Shown: positions 30,091 to 43,165 of the stretch, piece after piece
Position numbering within the stretch: the first letter of the stretch is position 1
Layout: each line of letters starts with the position of its first letter
From: Octopus vulgaris
Lineage: Eukaryota
Length of the DNA: 64,000 bases
Assembly: GCA_951406725.2 (NCBI GenBank)
Contig: OX597825.1
Location: 37,634,001-37,698,000, forward strand
Reading direction: 5' to 3'
Notes under the pieces: generated by a model
Told to the model about the DNA's origin: nothing
The model's input: only the letters and a program-made list of their open reading frames with translations
The model's database searches: none
Translations under genes and position numbers: made by a program

Positions 30091-30148
30091 GAGATGGATG
30101 TAAAGAGACAAGTATTAAGAGAGATGGATGTAAAGAGACAAGTATTAA
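30091..30148. repeat. 30-bp tandem duplication
   Basis: gagatggatgtaaagagacaagtattaa occurs at 30091 and 30121. Confidence 0.9.
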
Positions 30149-30465
30149 AATAAAGAAGACGAAACGTCTTTCAAATGCGACCTCGGGTGATATTACTTCG
30201 TGAAATTTGAAATATGAATCCTTATCTCGTTCTACGAAGATCATTTGCTGGCGTTTATGCGAAAGAAAGCATTAATATTAGTATATGATAAGTATACTAT
30301 AAATCTAAAATTGAATATCATAGAGAGTACTAGTCGGCAGATATAAAAGTTACGCTATCTGTCTGAGGATTAATTAAAAAAATGAGGAGTGTTTTACGAT
30401 TAGATGTATAATACGTAGATATATATTCATCGTTATGGTTAACGTGATAGGTATAAATGGCTATG

Positions 30466-30526
<61 letters not shown>

Positions 30527-30647
30527 TTTCGGCATGGTGGTATGTCGGACACCCTTATTTTTAGTTGTAAAAAATTATTACCTTTGTATGGTATTTTTTC
30601 CCATGCTGGCCACTTGATAATATCGATATTATCCTTATTTATAAATT

Positions 30648-30691
<44 letters not shown>

Positions 30692-30875
30692 CACATATAT
30701 ATGCATATGTAAATATATATATATATTATATATTATATATTATATATATGTTGTTGATATCAGTGACGTAATATGCATAAGATTTTACTGTTCTATATTT
30801 AATAGATGAAGAATTATGCACATTATTTACATTATTTACATTTGACGGATATTTGTCCTCATCTCGTTTGTTGTT

Positions 30876-30921
30876 AACGCAATATTTCAGCTGATGTATT
30901 CTCCAGCCGCCATCGGGTGTC
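30876..30921 (-). ncRNA. Decayed minimal hammerhead ribozyme (PLE family 1)
   Basis: GACAC-CCGATGG-cggctgg...tcagct-GAAA-TATT-GCGTT; the core is mutated relative to 46559-46604. Confidence 0.5.
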
Positions 30922-30972
30922 CTGGGAGAAATTTCGAATCTGGATTCTCATTCCTAAGGTATTTCTCCGATG

Positions 30973-31045
<73 letters not shown>

Positions 31046-31267
31046 CATCATCATCATCATCATCATCGTCATTATTCAAGTCACTGCCTGAAATAGTACA
31101 CGGAATCTAGGGGTTAGTAGCAGATCTAGTGCAAATATGGTTAGCATATCGGAACCGGTATTAAGGAAGGGTAGGAAAATATTAGATTTGTAAGCCCTAA
31201 AATTCACTCCATAATTACCCACAGGCATATGGCGATATAGTTAAGAGCGCGGGCTATAATAATAATG

Positions 31268-31320
<53 letters not shown>

Positions 31321-31321
<1 letters not shown>

Positions 31322-32959
31322 TCACCTCTATCTGATATGCTAAATAGAACTGGATGCGGATATAAATGTTACGGCAAAACGATCAGCCACCTTTTATATA
31401 TGGATGACCTAAAACTATACGCTGGAAATGACAAACAGCTGGAAACACTATTAAAGACAGTTCATGGATTTACCAAAGAAATAGATATGAAATTTGGATT
31501 AGAAAAATGCGCCAAAGTAACCATGAAAAAAGGAAAACTAGTTAAGAGTAACAACATCACACTAGATAAAACCAATGAAATAAAAGAATTAGACCAAAGC
31601 CAAACTTACAAATACTTAGGAATCCATGAACTAGATAAGACACAACACACACAAATGAAAGAGAAAATAAAAAAAGAATATTATAGACGAGTTAGATCAA
31701 TACTAAAAACAGAGCTCAATGCTAAAAACAAGATAATAGGTATCAACACTTTAGCTGTCCCAGTTATAAGTTACAGCTACAATATCCTTAACTGGACACG
31801 AAATGAACTGTCCAATATAGATAGGAAAACAAGAAAAATACTGACAGGATCTAGGATGCATCACCCAAAATCTGACATAGAAAGACTATATATACAACGT
31901 ATAGAAGGTGGTAGAGGCCTTATACAGCTGGAAAACTACTATAAAATAACCACCATAGGACTGCAAAAATACCTACTTCAGAAGGAAGGAAAACTGATCC
32001 AGATAGCAGCAAAACACGAGCAAAACAAAAAACTGTTCTCAGTATTTAAGGAAGCTGAAAAATACAAACAAGAAATCATACCACCTAATAAACACAAAGA
32101 AGAAGAAGAAGATGATGAAGAAACAACAAAAGCTATAAAACAAATGAAATCCAAACTAAAAATAGAACAGCAACGAGCCATGATAAAACGATGGCAAGAA
32201 AAGCCCCTTCATGGTAAATACTGCACTAAACTAAACGCAAAAGAAATAGACAAAGAAAAATCCCAGCAATGGTTGAGAAGCTCAGGACTCAAAGCAGAAA
32301 CAGAGGGATTTTTAATTGCAGCACAAGACCAAAGCCTCCCCACCAGAAATTACCAAAAACATGTAATGAAAAGAAATATTACAAGTAACTGCAGAACATG
32401 TGGAGATGGACAAGAAACAATAAATCATATTATCTCTAGCTGCCCAGTCCTGGCTAAGAAGGAATATATTCACAGACATGACAGAGTTGGAACCTACATA
32501 CATTGGAAGCTATGCCAACATTATGGAATAGCAACAGAAAAAAGATGGTATAGGCACACACCAGAAAAGGTCACAGAAAACGAGAAAGCAACCATACTCT
32601 GGGATATGCCGATACACACAGATAGAGAAATTAAGGCCAACAGACCAGATATAGTTGTCAGAGATCATGAAGAAAAAAAATGCTTTCTAATTGATGTATC
32701 AATACCGGCAGATGACAACGTTTCTCTAAAAGAAATGGAGAAACTCTCAAAATACAAAGACCTGGAAATAGAGATAACTAGAATGTGGAACCTGAAAACA
32801 GAAACAATTCCTATCATAGTAGGTGCATTAGGCATGATAAAAAAATATTCAGACAAATACATAACAAAAACACCAGGACTTACAAACACATATAACATAC
32901 AGAAAATTGCACTACTAGGCACTGCACACATCCTACGCAGAACACTTTCCATACAATAA
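31321..32959 (+). CDS. C-terminal part of R4/Dong ORF: RT (motif 5 onward), CCHC zinc knuckle, PD-(D/E)xK restriction-like endonuclease (5'-partial; the track's poly-Ile start is microsatellite)
   Basis: SHLLYMDDLKLY, YKYLGI, GGRGLIQL, HGKY, AAQDQ, CRTC-x8-H-x4-C, RHD, RPDIVV...LIDVSIP, EKLSKY and IALLGTAHILR all lie in one open frame of ~545 codons. Confidence 0.93.
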
Positions 32960-33053
32960 CCATCAGAGCATCACAACAAATCACAGCACATACCCAAGGC
33001 ACACAGAGCTGCGCTCGGTAGTGAAGTGAAAGCACGCTATAAAAATAAAACTA

Positions 33054-33056
<3 letters not shown>
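31321..33056 (+). mobile_element. Young 5'-truncated R4/Dong-type RLE LINE inserted in (TAA)n
   Basis: (TAA)n on both sides (31257-31320, 33057-33142), an uninterrupted ORF, and a ~97-nt 3' UTR. Confidence 0.93.
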
Positions 33057-33143
<87 letters not shown>

Positions 33144-33149
33144 CATAAT

Positions 33150-33184
<35 letters not shown>

Positions 33185-33237
33185 GATCATCGGAAAAATA
33201 CTTTAGGAATGAGAACCCAGGTTCGAAATTCCCCCAG

Positions 33238-33280
33238 GACACCTGAAGAAGGCTGGAGAGTACATAATCTAAAACGTTAA
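33238..33280 (+). ncRNA. Decayed minimal hammerhead ribozyme (PLE family 1)
   Basis: GACAC-CTGAAGA-aggctgg...-AAAACGTT; stem II 3' strand and stem I 3' strand are eroded. Confidence 0.45.
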
Positions 33281-34374
33281 CAACAAACAAGATGAGGACA
33301 AATATCCCTCAAATATAAATAATGTATAAGATGTTATAAACTACAAGAGTTCGTGAACTAGTTTTTGTGGGATGATGGATCTTGAAGCAGATGAAGCTAC
33401 GAATAATAGTATGTAAAACTTGAGTTGAATAACTTCGATAGAAAAAGGTTAAGACTGTCCGTGGGACTCAAATCCATAATTTCTGTAAAGATGACATTAG
33501 ACAAAGGCAGAAAAAAGGGGCTGTGAGACGACAAATGAATCTACGAGTAAATTTTTTAAAAATCAGCAAGAAATGATGAGAGACGCAAACAAGTTCGATC
33601 ACTCATCACCAGGTTTCAAATATCATTACAATTTCGATACCTTCTGACAATATTGTTCAATATATTGATATTACTGAAAAAAAAAATAGCATACATTATA
33701 AGACAAGAAGAGTAGCAGAAAAATTGAGTGTGCAGATCTAACGTTAAACAAAAACAATCTATGGCAAAACTAGGAAAAGATCTGAAACGAAACGAATCAG
33801 TAGACAATGTCGATGACAAAAAAAAAATATATATATATATATAAATAAATAAAATACAAAACCTCACAACCATGTGTATATGTGCTATATTTGAATATAT
33901 TTATAAATAAAAGTGAGGTGGGATATTTTATAAAAGATTCCGTCTAAAGAAAATATTAATATTTTTTGCATCTATTCTGTGATATGCTTTTTGTTGTTTT
34001 CATCCGCAGGTTTATATTCTGCTATATATTTTTCTTGGAGATAAATATTACTTTGAAAATTATTTTGTGATATTGTACCTCATCTGTGTGATATTTTGTA
34101 TCTTATCTGTGTGTTCTATATTTCTGAGACATATGGTGATGTACTATGTTCCACTAGTTTGTGTTTTAAAGAGTAGAGTTTTTTTTCTATCTTTCTAGGC
34201 TTCTAAACCTTAAGAAACTGCATTCAGTCACCCGAAATCTATTTATTGTCTCTTTAACGCAACAAACTAGGCCGGCTTTGTCTGTAGCTACGGACCACTT
34301 GCTTACATATTAGCAATATTCATTCAACTGCTGACTTGTACGAAGTCTGCTGATAAAGTCCCATATGAAACATT

Positions 34375-34558
34375 GATTCAAATATTGGCACAAGGTCAGA
34401 GAGCGAGTATGCCAATAACCTCGACCTTATTGTTCAACTGGTACTTATTTTATCAATCCCCAATGAATGAGAAGCAAAATCGAACTCAGCGGATTTGAAC
34501 GAAATACTGCTAGGCACTTTTCCCGACGTGCCATCGATTCTGCTGGCTTGCCGCCTTA
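34375..34558 (-). mobile_element. SINE family B copy
   Basis: Reverse complement of 42951-43165 (ggcggcaagccagcagaatcg...gataaaataagtaccag). Confidence 0.8.
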
Positions 34559-35329
34559 GTCCCATCTGAGATATTGGCATTTCTTACAATGTACTTTATG
34601 AGATTTCAGAAATGGCTTCGTCCGGAAAGAAATTAAGCAGCTTTCTCTATATCTATATCTTTGGTATGTCTAAGTTATGACATAATTTTTTTTTTTTTAA
34701 AGAAAAAGGTAATACAATTTCTTTCATGACATAGTGTATTTTCTGAAAGGTAGATTTCTGGAAATTATCATGGATCACTGACGTGTACTTTAATTCTAAA
34801 GTACACCACAATCTATCATATGAAATCATTCTATGTGATTAGTAGGCTGTTATTGCTTTCCTTGTTGCAATGGATATCAATTATTCATATGACATGCGAT
34901 ATCCTAATCATATGTAGGTCATATTTTCAAATGATATAATTTTGTTCTCAGCGCACAAAAATCAACAGGAGCGTTAACAGTGAATTTTATTGAATGGTAT
35001 ATGTGTGACAAACGAGCATGTTGAAATACTATGCGCATGACAGAGAAATCAAAAACTTTTCAAAAGGTGACATAAGCCCACTATTTGGCTACCATATACC
35101 AATACAATAATTTAGGGCTGTGGAAACCGTTCAATGAGTGCAAAATGAAAATGGGAAAATTACCCATTCAAGAGCAGTATTGAATAATCTGTGTTTTTTT
35201 GCTCTGCTCTCACACACTGATAAAACAAGCACTTCCCCCATACAAATTGGTTCAGTAAATCATTTGATAGGCACACCCTGCGAGTTTTAGCTGTACTCCC
35301 AAAGTAAAATAAGATTTTATAAGGTAGGC

Positions 35330-36360
35330 CACACCTGAGACAGAAGCAGGATGCTCATGAAGGAGCAACACAACATGTCGAATGAACAACCTCTGAAACA
35401 CCGAGGCTGTCTTATACGAGTCAAACCAAATGGGCAACCAAACGATCGTAAGTACGTAGGAGCAATGGAATGCTCCTTCAGAACCCGATATAATGATCAC
35501 AATCCCGCTTCAATGTCCCAGAGAACGGTAGCGCCACACCCCTGGCCATACACGTATGGTTGTTGACAAAAGCGAATATAACATAAAATAGAGGATTCTA
35601 GAGAAATATAATGTTTACTTCACTAGCAGCAGAAAAATTCAGATTATGCCTGGCTGAGAAATGAGCGATATTAAATATTCTGAACTGCAGAAGTGAAAAT
35701 TTTAATCCTTGCCCATATGGAAGGAAGTACATCCTTTCATAACTGTGTGCCCCAAAGCATCAGTCACCCAGCTTTGGCCCTTCCGTCACCAATAACTGGG
35801 AGTCTGGCAAAGAGTTTGACCAGAGCATACACAAACGCCCTCAAAAACGTATACATCCTAGCACGACAGACATCCTTCCAATACTCATTTTCCACACACC
35901 CTTAATATAATCCCCCACACATCTTTGTACCCCTACATACACTATATGCACGCATAAATGCACCAAGATTTTAACCAAAGAAAAGAAAGCACACTACCGA
36001 ACACAGATGTGTACATACTACTGCAATCGCTATACATATATACACGACACACATTCTATTTCTACAAGAACACCGACTTTAAAGATACACACATTTCCCA
36101 TAAACTCTTTTTCAGAAAACTCTCGCCGACTTGCAACACCTTCTTAACTCAACCGCTGCTCGGTTTGCTTTATAATCTTTTTCACTGCAATCACAAACTG
36201 AATGTGTCTGTTCACCTCCAAAAATAGACATATTTCATTCCATAACGGCTACCCCTGAAGAGCGCAGTGTTATATAATCGGATTGTTAACTAACACTCAT
36301 TTGAACCCCTATTACGAAACTTATCGGTAAAATCGGCCGTGATGGATTGCCTTTACACAG
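35330..36360 (+). mobile_element. Penelope-like element 3' remnant (GIY-YIG, 3' region with hammerhead-like motif)
   Basis: RKYVGAMECSFRTRYNDH, then LAIHVW, RILEK and RLCLAEK in shifted frames. CTGAAGA (36255-36261), a hairpin, then GAAAC (36316-36320). Confidence 0.65.
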
Positions 36361-36610
36361 TAATATATTTATTTAGAAACATATATATAATGAAGGTGAA
36401 CATTTTAAAATACTTCTAGGTGTGTCGATATGTAGGTTTGTAGTAGTTGTTTCCAAACTTATAAAAGTTCTTTACATCGGCTTCAGTAGCTATCCTGGAA
36501 ATATTTTAGATTCACGTCATTCCATTTATTATCACTTCAAAATTTCACATTTTTTTCAATATTCTTTCATGTCCGTTTGATAACTAATAATGGTGATGAT
36601 GATGATGATG

Positions 36611-36699
<89 letters not shown>

Positions 36700-36996
36700 T
36701 TTAAATGGAATAATTATTTTTCTTTAGTAATTACTTTAGGCCATTTCTTTTTCAAATATACCTATTAATATATTTATCAGCATATTTTATTGATAACTTT
36801 CCTTACATTTTGATTAGTAGTATTATGAGAATTTCCTTTAACTTCAATACAGCCTACTTTCAATGCACTTCACTATTTGTTAAGGCATCATTTTAAATTC
36901 TATTCAAGTCTAGAATTCCAGTCTAAACCACAACACATCCTAGCAAGCTATGAAATCATTATGTTTGGTTGCAACTTCTCCTGGAACGTTCTTGCT

Positions 36997-37073
36997 ACTT
37001 CTTCTTCTTCTTCCTCTTCTTCTTCTTCATCTTCTTCTTCTTCTTCTTCTTCTTCTTCTTCTTCTTCTTCTTC
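36997..37073. repeat. (CTT)n microsatellite followed by a polypyrimidine tract
   Basis: Directly visible; it explains the poly-Ser/Leu/Phe ORFs. Confidence 0.95.
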
Positions 37074-37344
37074 CCCCTTCCAACTCCTCCTCCTTCAAAT
37101 TTATCACCGTCCACTTCCTCTTTATCTTATTCCACTTCGACTTTCATCATCTTTTCTCCACCTCTCCTCCGTCCTCCTATACCCTCCCCTCCCCTCTTCT
37201 TCTCTTACTTCTCTTCCTCCCATCCCCTTCTCCTTCTCTCTCCTCCTGTCCTCCTTTCCTCTCTTTCGCCTCCTTATTTTCCTTCTTCCACACTTCATAC
37301 CTTCATTCTTTATGTTTTTCTATACCGTATTCCGTTTCTCTTTT

Positions 37345-37617
37345 CTCTTTTACTCTTTTACTTGTTTCAGTCATTTGACTGTGGCCATGCTGGAGCCCCG
37401 CCTTTAGTCGAGCAAATCGACCCCAGGACTTATTCTTTGTAAGCCTAGTACTTAATCTATCGGTCTCTTTTGTCGAACCGCTACGTTACAGGGACGTAAA
37501 CACACCAGCATTGGTTGTCAAGTGACATTGGGGGAACAAATTCAAACACACAAACATACACACATACACACACACACACATATATACATACGCACACACG
37601 CACACACACACATACAC

Positions 37618-37672
<55 letters not shown>

Positions 37673-37800
37673 AACGACGGGCTTCTTTCAGTTTCCGTCT
37701 ACCAAATCCACTCACAAGGATTTGGTCGGCCCGAGGTTATTCTGAACCCAGAATCATGTGATTGGTAAGCAAGGTACTTACCACACAGCAACTCCTACGC
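37345..37800 (-). mobile_element. SINE family A copy
   Basis: (ttttactc)n tail, conserved body, internal CA/TA tract, and a tRNA-like head with a short internal deletion. Confidence 0.88.
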
Positions 37801-38072
37801 CAGCTTCTTTCTCAAAACATATATGCAGATCTCACATAAATTCAAATTAAATCCTCCGAAAAATGCCAAAAAGTCAAACTGAAATAATCATTCTGAAAGG
37901 GTCCAAGGTATTGCTGGAATATTGAATATTTTTTTAGTATCTGAAAGTCTTGTTTACTTCAGCGCACAGTACTCATCGAGTATGGTGTTGCATTAGCTCT
38001 CATTTAACCGCCGATTTTGTGCTGTGCTCTTTGATAATAGAGTAGTGTAACATTACTAAATTATCGTCGATG

Positions 38073-38136
<64 letters not shown>

Positions 38137-38149
38137 GTATGTTCACATG

Positions 38150-38458
38150 CGTTGTAACAGCGTGTCGCTGCATCCACTATTTGTTGATGGTTCCGGAACT
38201 ACTTTGCAGCATTCAGGCGACAGCCGTCTAACCCATGGGTCTATTTGACTGGTCGCTGCCGGTGAGGATTTACGGGGTTAGGGTGCGAATCATACATCAA
38301 CCTCTTTTCGTCGTATTTACGACACTCAGAGAGAATCATGGGTCTATTCCTTGACATGCTTGGTCTCCGCACAGCACTAGAGCAAGGGTTTGCTCAAGAG
38401 CAAAACACGCAGACCGGTCAGGGATTCAAACTCACCTTCTAGTGATCGTGAACGCAAC
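38150..38458 (-). mobile_element. Decayed SINE C-like / RTE-5'UTR-like repeat
   Basis: gggtttgctcaagagcaaaacacgc...gggattcaaactcac resembles 21167-21220. Confidence 0.5.
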
Positions 38459-41400
38459 AATATATATTTGCATATAAATATGGTGTATTTCTATATTTGA
38501 ACGTGTTTTCTTTGCTTATAATTTTTTATCTAAGATTTAAAAACAATGTGACAGATATCTATTTCACATAAGAACAGAGTTTATATGTATTCGTTTCTCT
38601 CTTTTATTCAATATTGTCTTTCGTTCTAATTATTAGTAGCATTGGATATTTGTTGAACAACAAGACAATATTTGTGCGCATATTATTTAACCGTATAATA
38701 TTCTATGATTATGATATCTTCTAGGATTAAAATCTGCCATTGTATATTTGAAAGATGTTGCTAAATTTCTAAATTGTTAGTATGTAGAATTAAACAGAAA
38801 TCTTTCACTCTGCGATCATCGGAAACATAATTTTACGAGGAACGATGGATCCCGAAGCAGATGAAGCTATAAGTAGTATTTGCGGTGTTTGTCATTTCTA
38901 AGTAGTTTATTGAAAACTTATCTTCTGAGCATAATACAAATAATATTTAGAATATGTGTAACTTTCAAGGACAATTAATTGCAATTTTTAATAAATAACG
39001 AATATTTTCTAACATAGCCTTGCTAAAAGCTAAACTTTAATTGAAACTTGAAATATTTCTTCTGTTCTGCACAATATTTATGTTTTATGTTTGTTTCACA
39101 CTCAAAATACTTACCTCTATATTATTAATCAACTCGCTCACCTCTCCCACCCATACTTTCATTTATCTAGCATTCTATATGCATTACTATCTCTATCACG
39201 ATCACTCTGTCATTTGCTCGCTATTCATCTAATAGTCATGTGTACATATAATTCACCTAACAATATATCTGCGTCGCTATTACATTCTTTTGACTATATA
39301 CTCGATCTCTTTCAGGTTATTTCTTTGATCACAATTCAATGTTTACAGATGTCTACAATATTATGACTGACGTAGTCACCTTCGTAATATAACCTGCTCT
39401 TAGCCAGTAACCCTTTCAGTGAACTATTTCAAATAATATATTTGTCATTTAGCTTCAATTCTACACAATGAGTCCAATTGATACCTTTACATTTTCGAAA
39501 CTAGGATCATATATCAATACCTCTCATGAGAAACTATTGATGTCAGAGATGATTATGTGTTGCTACTATTATCTATTATGTCGTAGTCGTTGTATTTATG
39601 TCTCATTTTACCTAACTGTTTGAAATATTTTCGAAATACTCATTTTTACTTACAACACAATATCAGATAATACAAAGGCACTTTCCTAAAAACATAGTAT
39701 CTAAGCTGTTATAAAGAGGTTATCGCAAATTACTATAATCAATTAGAGCAGCTTTCTGCTATTCCATCACATTTTAATTCAGTTTTGTATGAGAGGCATC
39801 CATGCTATTATGTAAAAATACGACTTTCGCAGAACAGCTATCTAGTGACGATATAATTTTGAAATTCCTTGTATGATTAATAAATCACATTCGTCCCTGT
39901 GCTTCGGAAACAAGGTCTGAAATACTTGTTGATTATTATTTCAGTTCCAAACACCATTTATAGTGTTCAGTCATATTTGGCGACATGTGAAAAGTGAATT
40001 CAACCATAGCTTTAGGTTCAGCATGAAGTATCAATTTGTTTCAATCATAGGAAACTGTACAGAAGCCCGAATATCTAGGAGTATGTTTGGGTATATATGT
40101 GTGTGCGTATTTACACATATATTTATATACATGTATGAGTATATAGGGTTATGTATGCATATTGGAGAAGAATGTGAGGAATCTGGTGATAGTCTAACGT
40201 TACATGTTAGCGATAATTCTCTGCATACATTTGCACATACGCTCACTTAATTATCTGTGTGCGACATGCTATGAAACTGCCGCATTTAGTCAAGTTCAGC
40301 AATTCATCAATCATATAATTATAAAAACTCCTCTTGCTATATTTTGTTTCAGTAATATTAACCCACTTTTTTTTTCCAATTTAAATGGTCAAGTTTATTA
40401 AATCCGAATTGCACGATTTCTCTAAAATGGAGTCGTTTGATCAGCAGAATGATTAAAGTATCGAATGAAATCAGTGTGGTATTCATTTTATTTCTGTACG
40501 TTCTAAGTTTCATTATAGGTTAAAAAAAAAACAAGAAAGTGCAATTCAAGTGCTGGGCCGACTTAATCGACTGTAGATTTTGTGTTTAAATTACCTCACA
40601 TCAAATCATTATTATCTGTTTGTAATACATTATTGCATCATAATCACTCATAACACATATCTTGTTAGTCACTCAAACATGCACGAACATTGTCACTTTG
40701 AAAGCAAACCCAATTAAAATTCCGTCTTAAAGACGTTAAGTTGGTGGCATATTGAAATAACGTGTCACTTGCATAATTTCCAGTTGAACATCAGACGCAA
40801 TATCATCACTAACAATAGATTATTTACGTTGGGCAGTCAAAAATTTAAGCTTAAATACATGGATATTTTAGGCACTGTTAAAAAAGGAGTATTTGGAAAT
40901 AAAACCCAGTAATATATTTTTCTGCTCTACTGTGTAGCTGTTCTTAACCAGCAATGCCGTGAGTAGCTTCGTGGAGTTGTTGGAATCTATAATTATGTTT
41001 AAAGCTGGAAAATTGTTAATCGTTTAAGGTACGATATTCTTTACTGATATAACAGATCATCAATGAGCTCTTCACTTGGCACTCCACGGGCAAGATCATA
41101 TTTTTTTTTATTATACTGAGATATTTTAAACTTTCGGAATAAAATAATATTTTACACAAATTGATTGTCAACAAAGTCGCAGCTACATTCCCAATCTCAG
41201 TAGAAGGATAAAATCATTACTTGCTGAACTGAACTAAAATGCTACAAACTAGTAGAAAACAGGATAAACTCAGAACCTGGTTGGTAACTTCCTATCTTGG
41301 AGGACGAGCAACAGTTGGTCCCTAATTTCGGATTTCTTTTTTCTTCTTCGTTGTTTCGTTGAGGAAAATTTGATTACATATAATCAGTCATGGAAATAGA

Positions 41401-42352
41401 ACTAATGTAATCCCAAGATCTGAGTTTGTAGATTATATATAATTTCCAGTCTATGATTGAATTATGAAGTTAATTTCCAGAAATAAAACAGACTAAAATG
41501 AAGTAAACTTTTGTTCAATGTATTTTAATTTTCAGCATTACGTTGCTGTAAATCATTGCCCTTCGCAATCACAATACTAAAATCAACGCACCGTGCAACT
41601 CACCAAATCGGGTTAATTGGCATAGCTTATTGTAAAACCTCAAGACCTTACAAACAGTGAGAGATGACATGAATGGCCTGATAGTAATGGCGTTATATAT
41701 CTAGTGTGAAATGTTATGTGAAATAAACATTTTCAAGGTGACATCTGATTACAATACACTTGATTTTAATCATTTTATTTTCCAGCATATCTTAACCTGA
41801 TGTGTTCTAAAACATATAAATATAGTTAGCAATAAATCAGTTTATTTATATCTAGACTAGTTTAATGGTACTGAGAGTAAAATTGTAATTTTTTGTTAGA
41901 TGTTTCTATAGTTCTTTAACATTTTGTATGTACATAATGAACAGCCAACATTCAGTTATCTGTTTGTAGCGTTTAATAAAAGCAAAGAAAAACAGAGAAA
42001 AAATGTTAGATGGATGGAAAAATTCTAAAGAATCTATAATATATAAATTTTGTGGGTAAATGTGTTCATGAAGATAAAAAATATATGAAAATTCTGCTCG
42101 GATATGCGGCACTCAATCCTCTGATCTTTATACTGTGTGGATCCTGATTTAAGTAAGTTTACACAACGTTCATAAATATATTTGTTTGATGTGTGCGCTT
42201 ATGTGTGATTTTGTTTGCATGTATGAATCTGTCAATATACACATGTTATTTTGTTTTTCGTGGGTGCACGTGCCGATGCATATTTTTTGCGTGGGTGCAC
42301 ATGGTGAGGCATATTTGCAAAATATAGGAAATGTAAAATATATTACACTCAC

Positions 42353-42486
42353 AAATTTTGTTCCCAATTTATCTACGGAACACCGCAACGTTGCTAATTG
42401 TCCTCGTCTGTATGTGACATTGGTTGGGGTCGGAAGAAATCTCGGTATTTGTGTCGACATGATGCTCGGCATAATAACACCAATTA
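42353..42486 (-). CDS. Internal exon of a DPR/Zig-8-like immunoglobulin-superfamily cell-surface protein (end of signal peptide plus Ig strands A-B)
   Basis: Acceptor tttcAG (42488-42487) and donor GTgagt (42352-42347). 134 nt, phase 1 to phase 0, encoding IGVIMPSIMSTQIPRFLPTPTNVTYRRGQLATLRCSVDKLGTKF, which fits the PxF...NVT...G..A.L.C.V..LG.K pattern of DPR-family first Ig domains. Confidence 0.82.
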
Positions 42487-42950
42487 CTGAAATTGGAATT
42501 GAATATCAGAATTAATTTTACTATGAATAACGTGTGAGATAAACATAACAATTTTTCGGTACAGTTTTCCTGTTTGTAAAACAGAGAAACATATAATAAT
42601 AGATATGAAAATCAATACACAAAATTAAACAGTTAATAAGTTTTCAGTGCTAAATAATCTTTTGAGTTTAATTATGAAGACTATAATGACAGTCACGAGG
42701 AAGTAGAAGCTACTGCTAATGATCATGATATGGAGGAGGAGGGGGATAATTTTGGCAATATTAATGATAATGATAATTACACTAATAATAATTTTATATT
42801 ATATCAAGCTCTTAGCAGCAGTCGGCGACGTAAGTCTCCAGTTTCCATTAATTACTAGAGGTTCGGATTTGATTCTGTATATATGCATAATACGCTAGCA
42901 GATAGACTGATACATGTATGCATGGTTAAATACATAATATATATTTGACA

Positions 42951-43165
42951 AGGCGGTGAAGTGGTAGAATCGTTTGCATGCCGGGTAAAAACTTAGCCGC
43001 ATTTCGTCCGTCTTTAGGTTCTGAGTTCAGATTCCCCAGGCGTTGACTGTACCTTTCATTCCTTCGGGGTCGATAAAATAAGTACCAGTAGAGCACTGGG
43101 GTCGATCTGATCAACTTAACTCCTTCCTTAATGTTGCTGAACTTGTGTCAAAATTTGAAACCAAT
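42951..43165 (+). mobile_element. tRNA-derived SINE family B, full length
   Basis: A-box-like gtggtagaatcg, B-box-like gagttcagattcc, central cctttcattccttcggggtcgataaaataagtaccag domain. Confidence 0.88.

Larger units (their letters stand above)
30786..33328 (+). mobile_element. 5'-truncated Penelope-like element with inverted pLTR, hosting a Dong/R4 insertion
   Basis: 30830-30975 is the reverse complement of 33185-33325. 31121-31193 encodes the same GIY-YIG tail (RSSANMVSISEPVLRKGRKILDL*) as 47395-47465(-). Probable TSD ATAAGATTTTA (30777-30787) / ATAAGATGTTA (33326-33336). Confidence 0.8.

Noticed and set aside
30091-30148. CRISPR-like repeat
   Set aside because: Only two adjacent units, no spacers, eukaryotic context; a simple tandem duplication (likewise 14892-14923 and 49153-49185).
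31265-31320. ATG plus poly-Ile N-terminus of the 564-aa ORF as a signal peptide or true start
   Set aside because: It is the (TAA)n target tract; the LINE is 5'-truncated within the RT.
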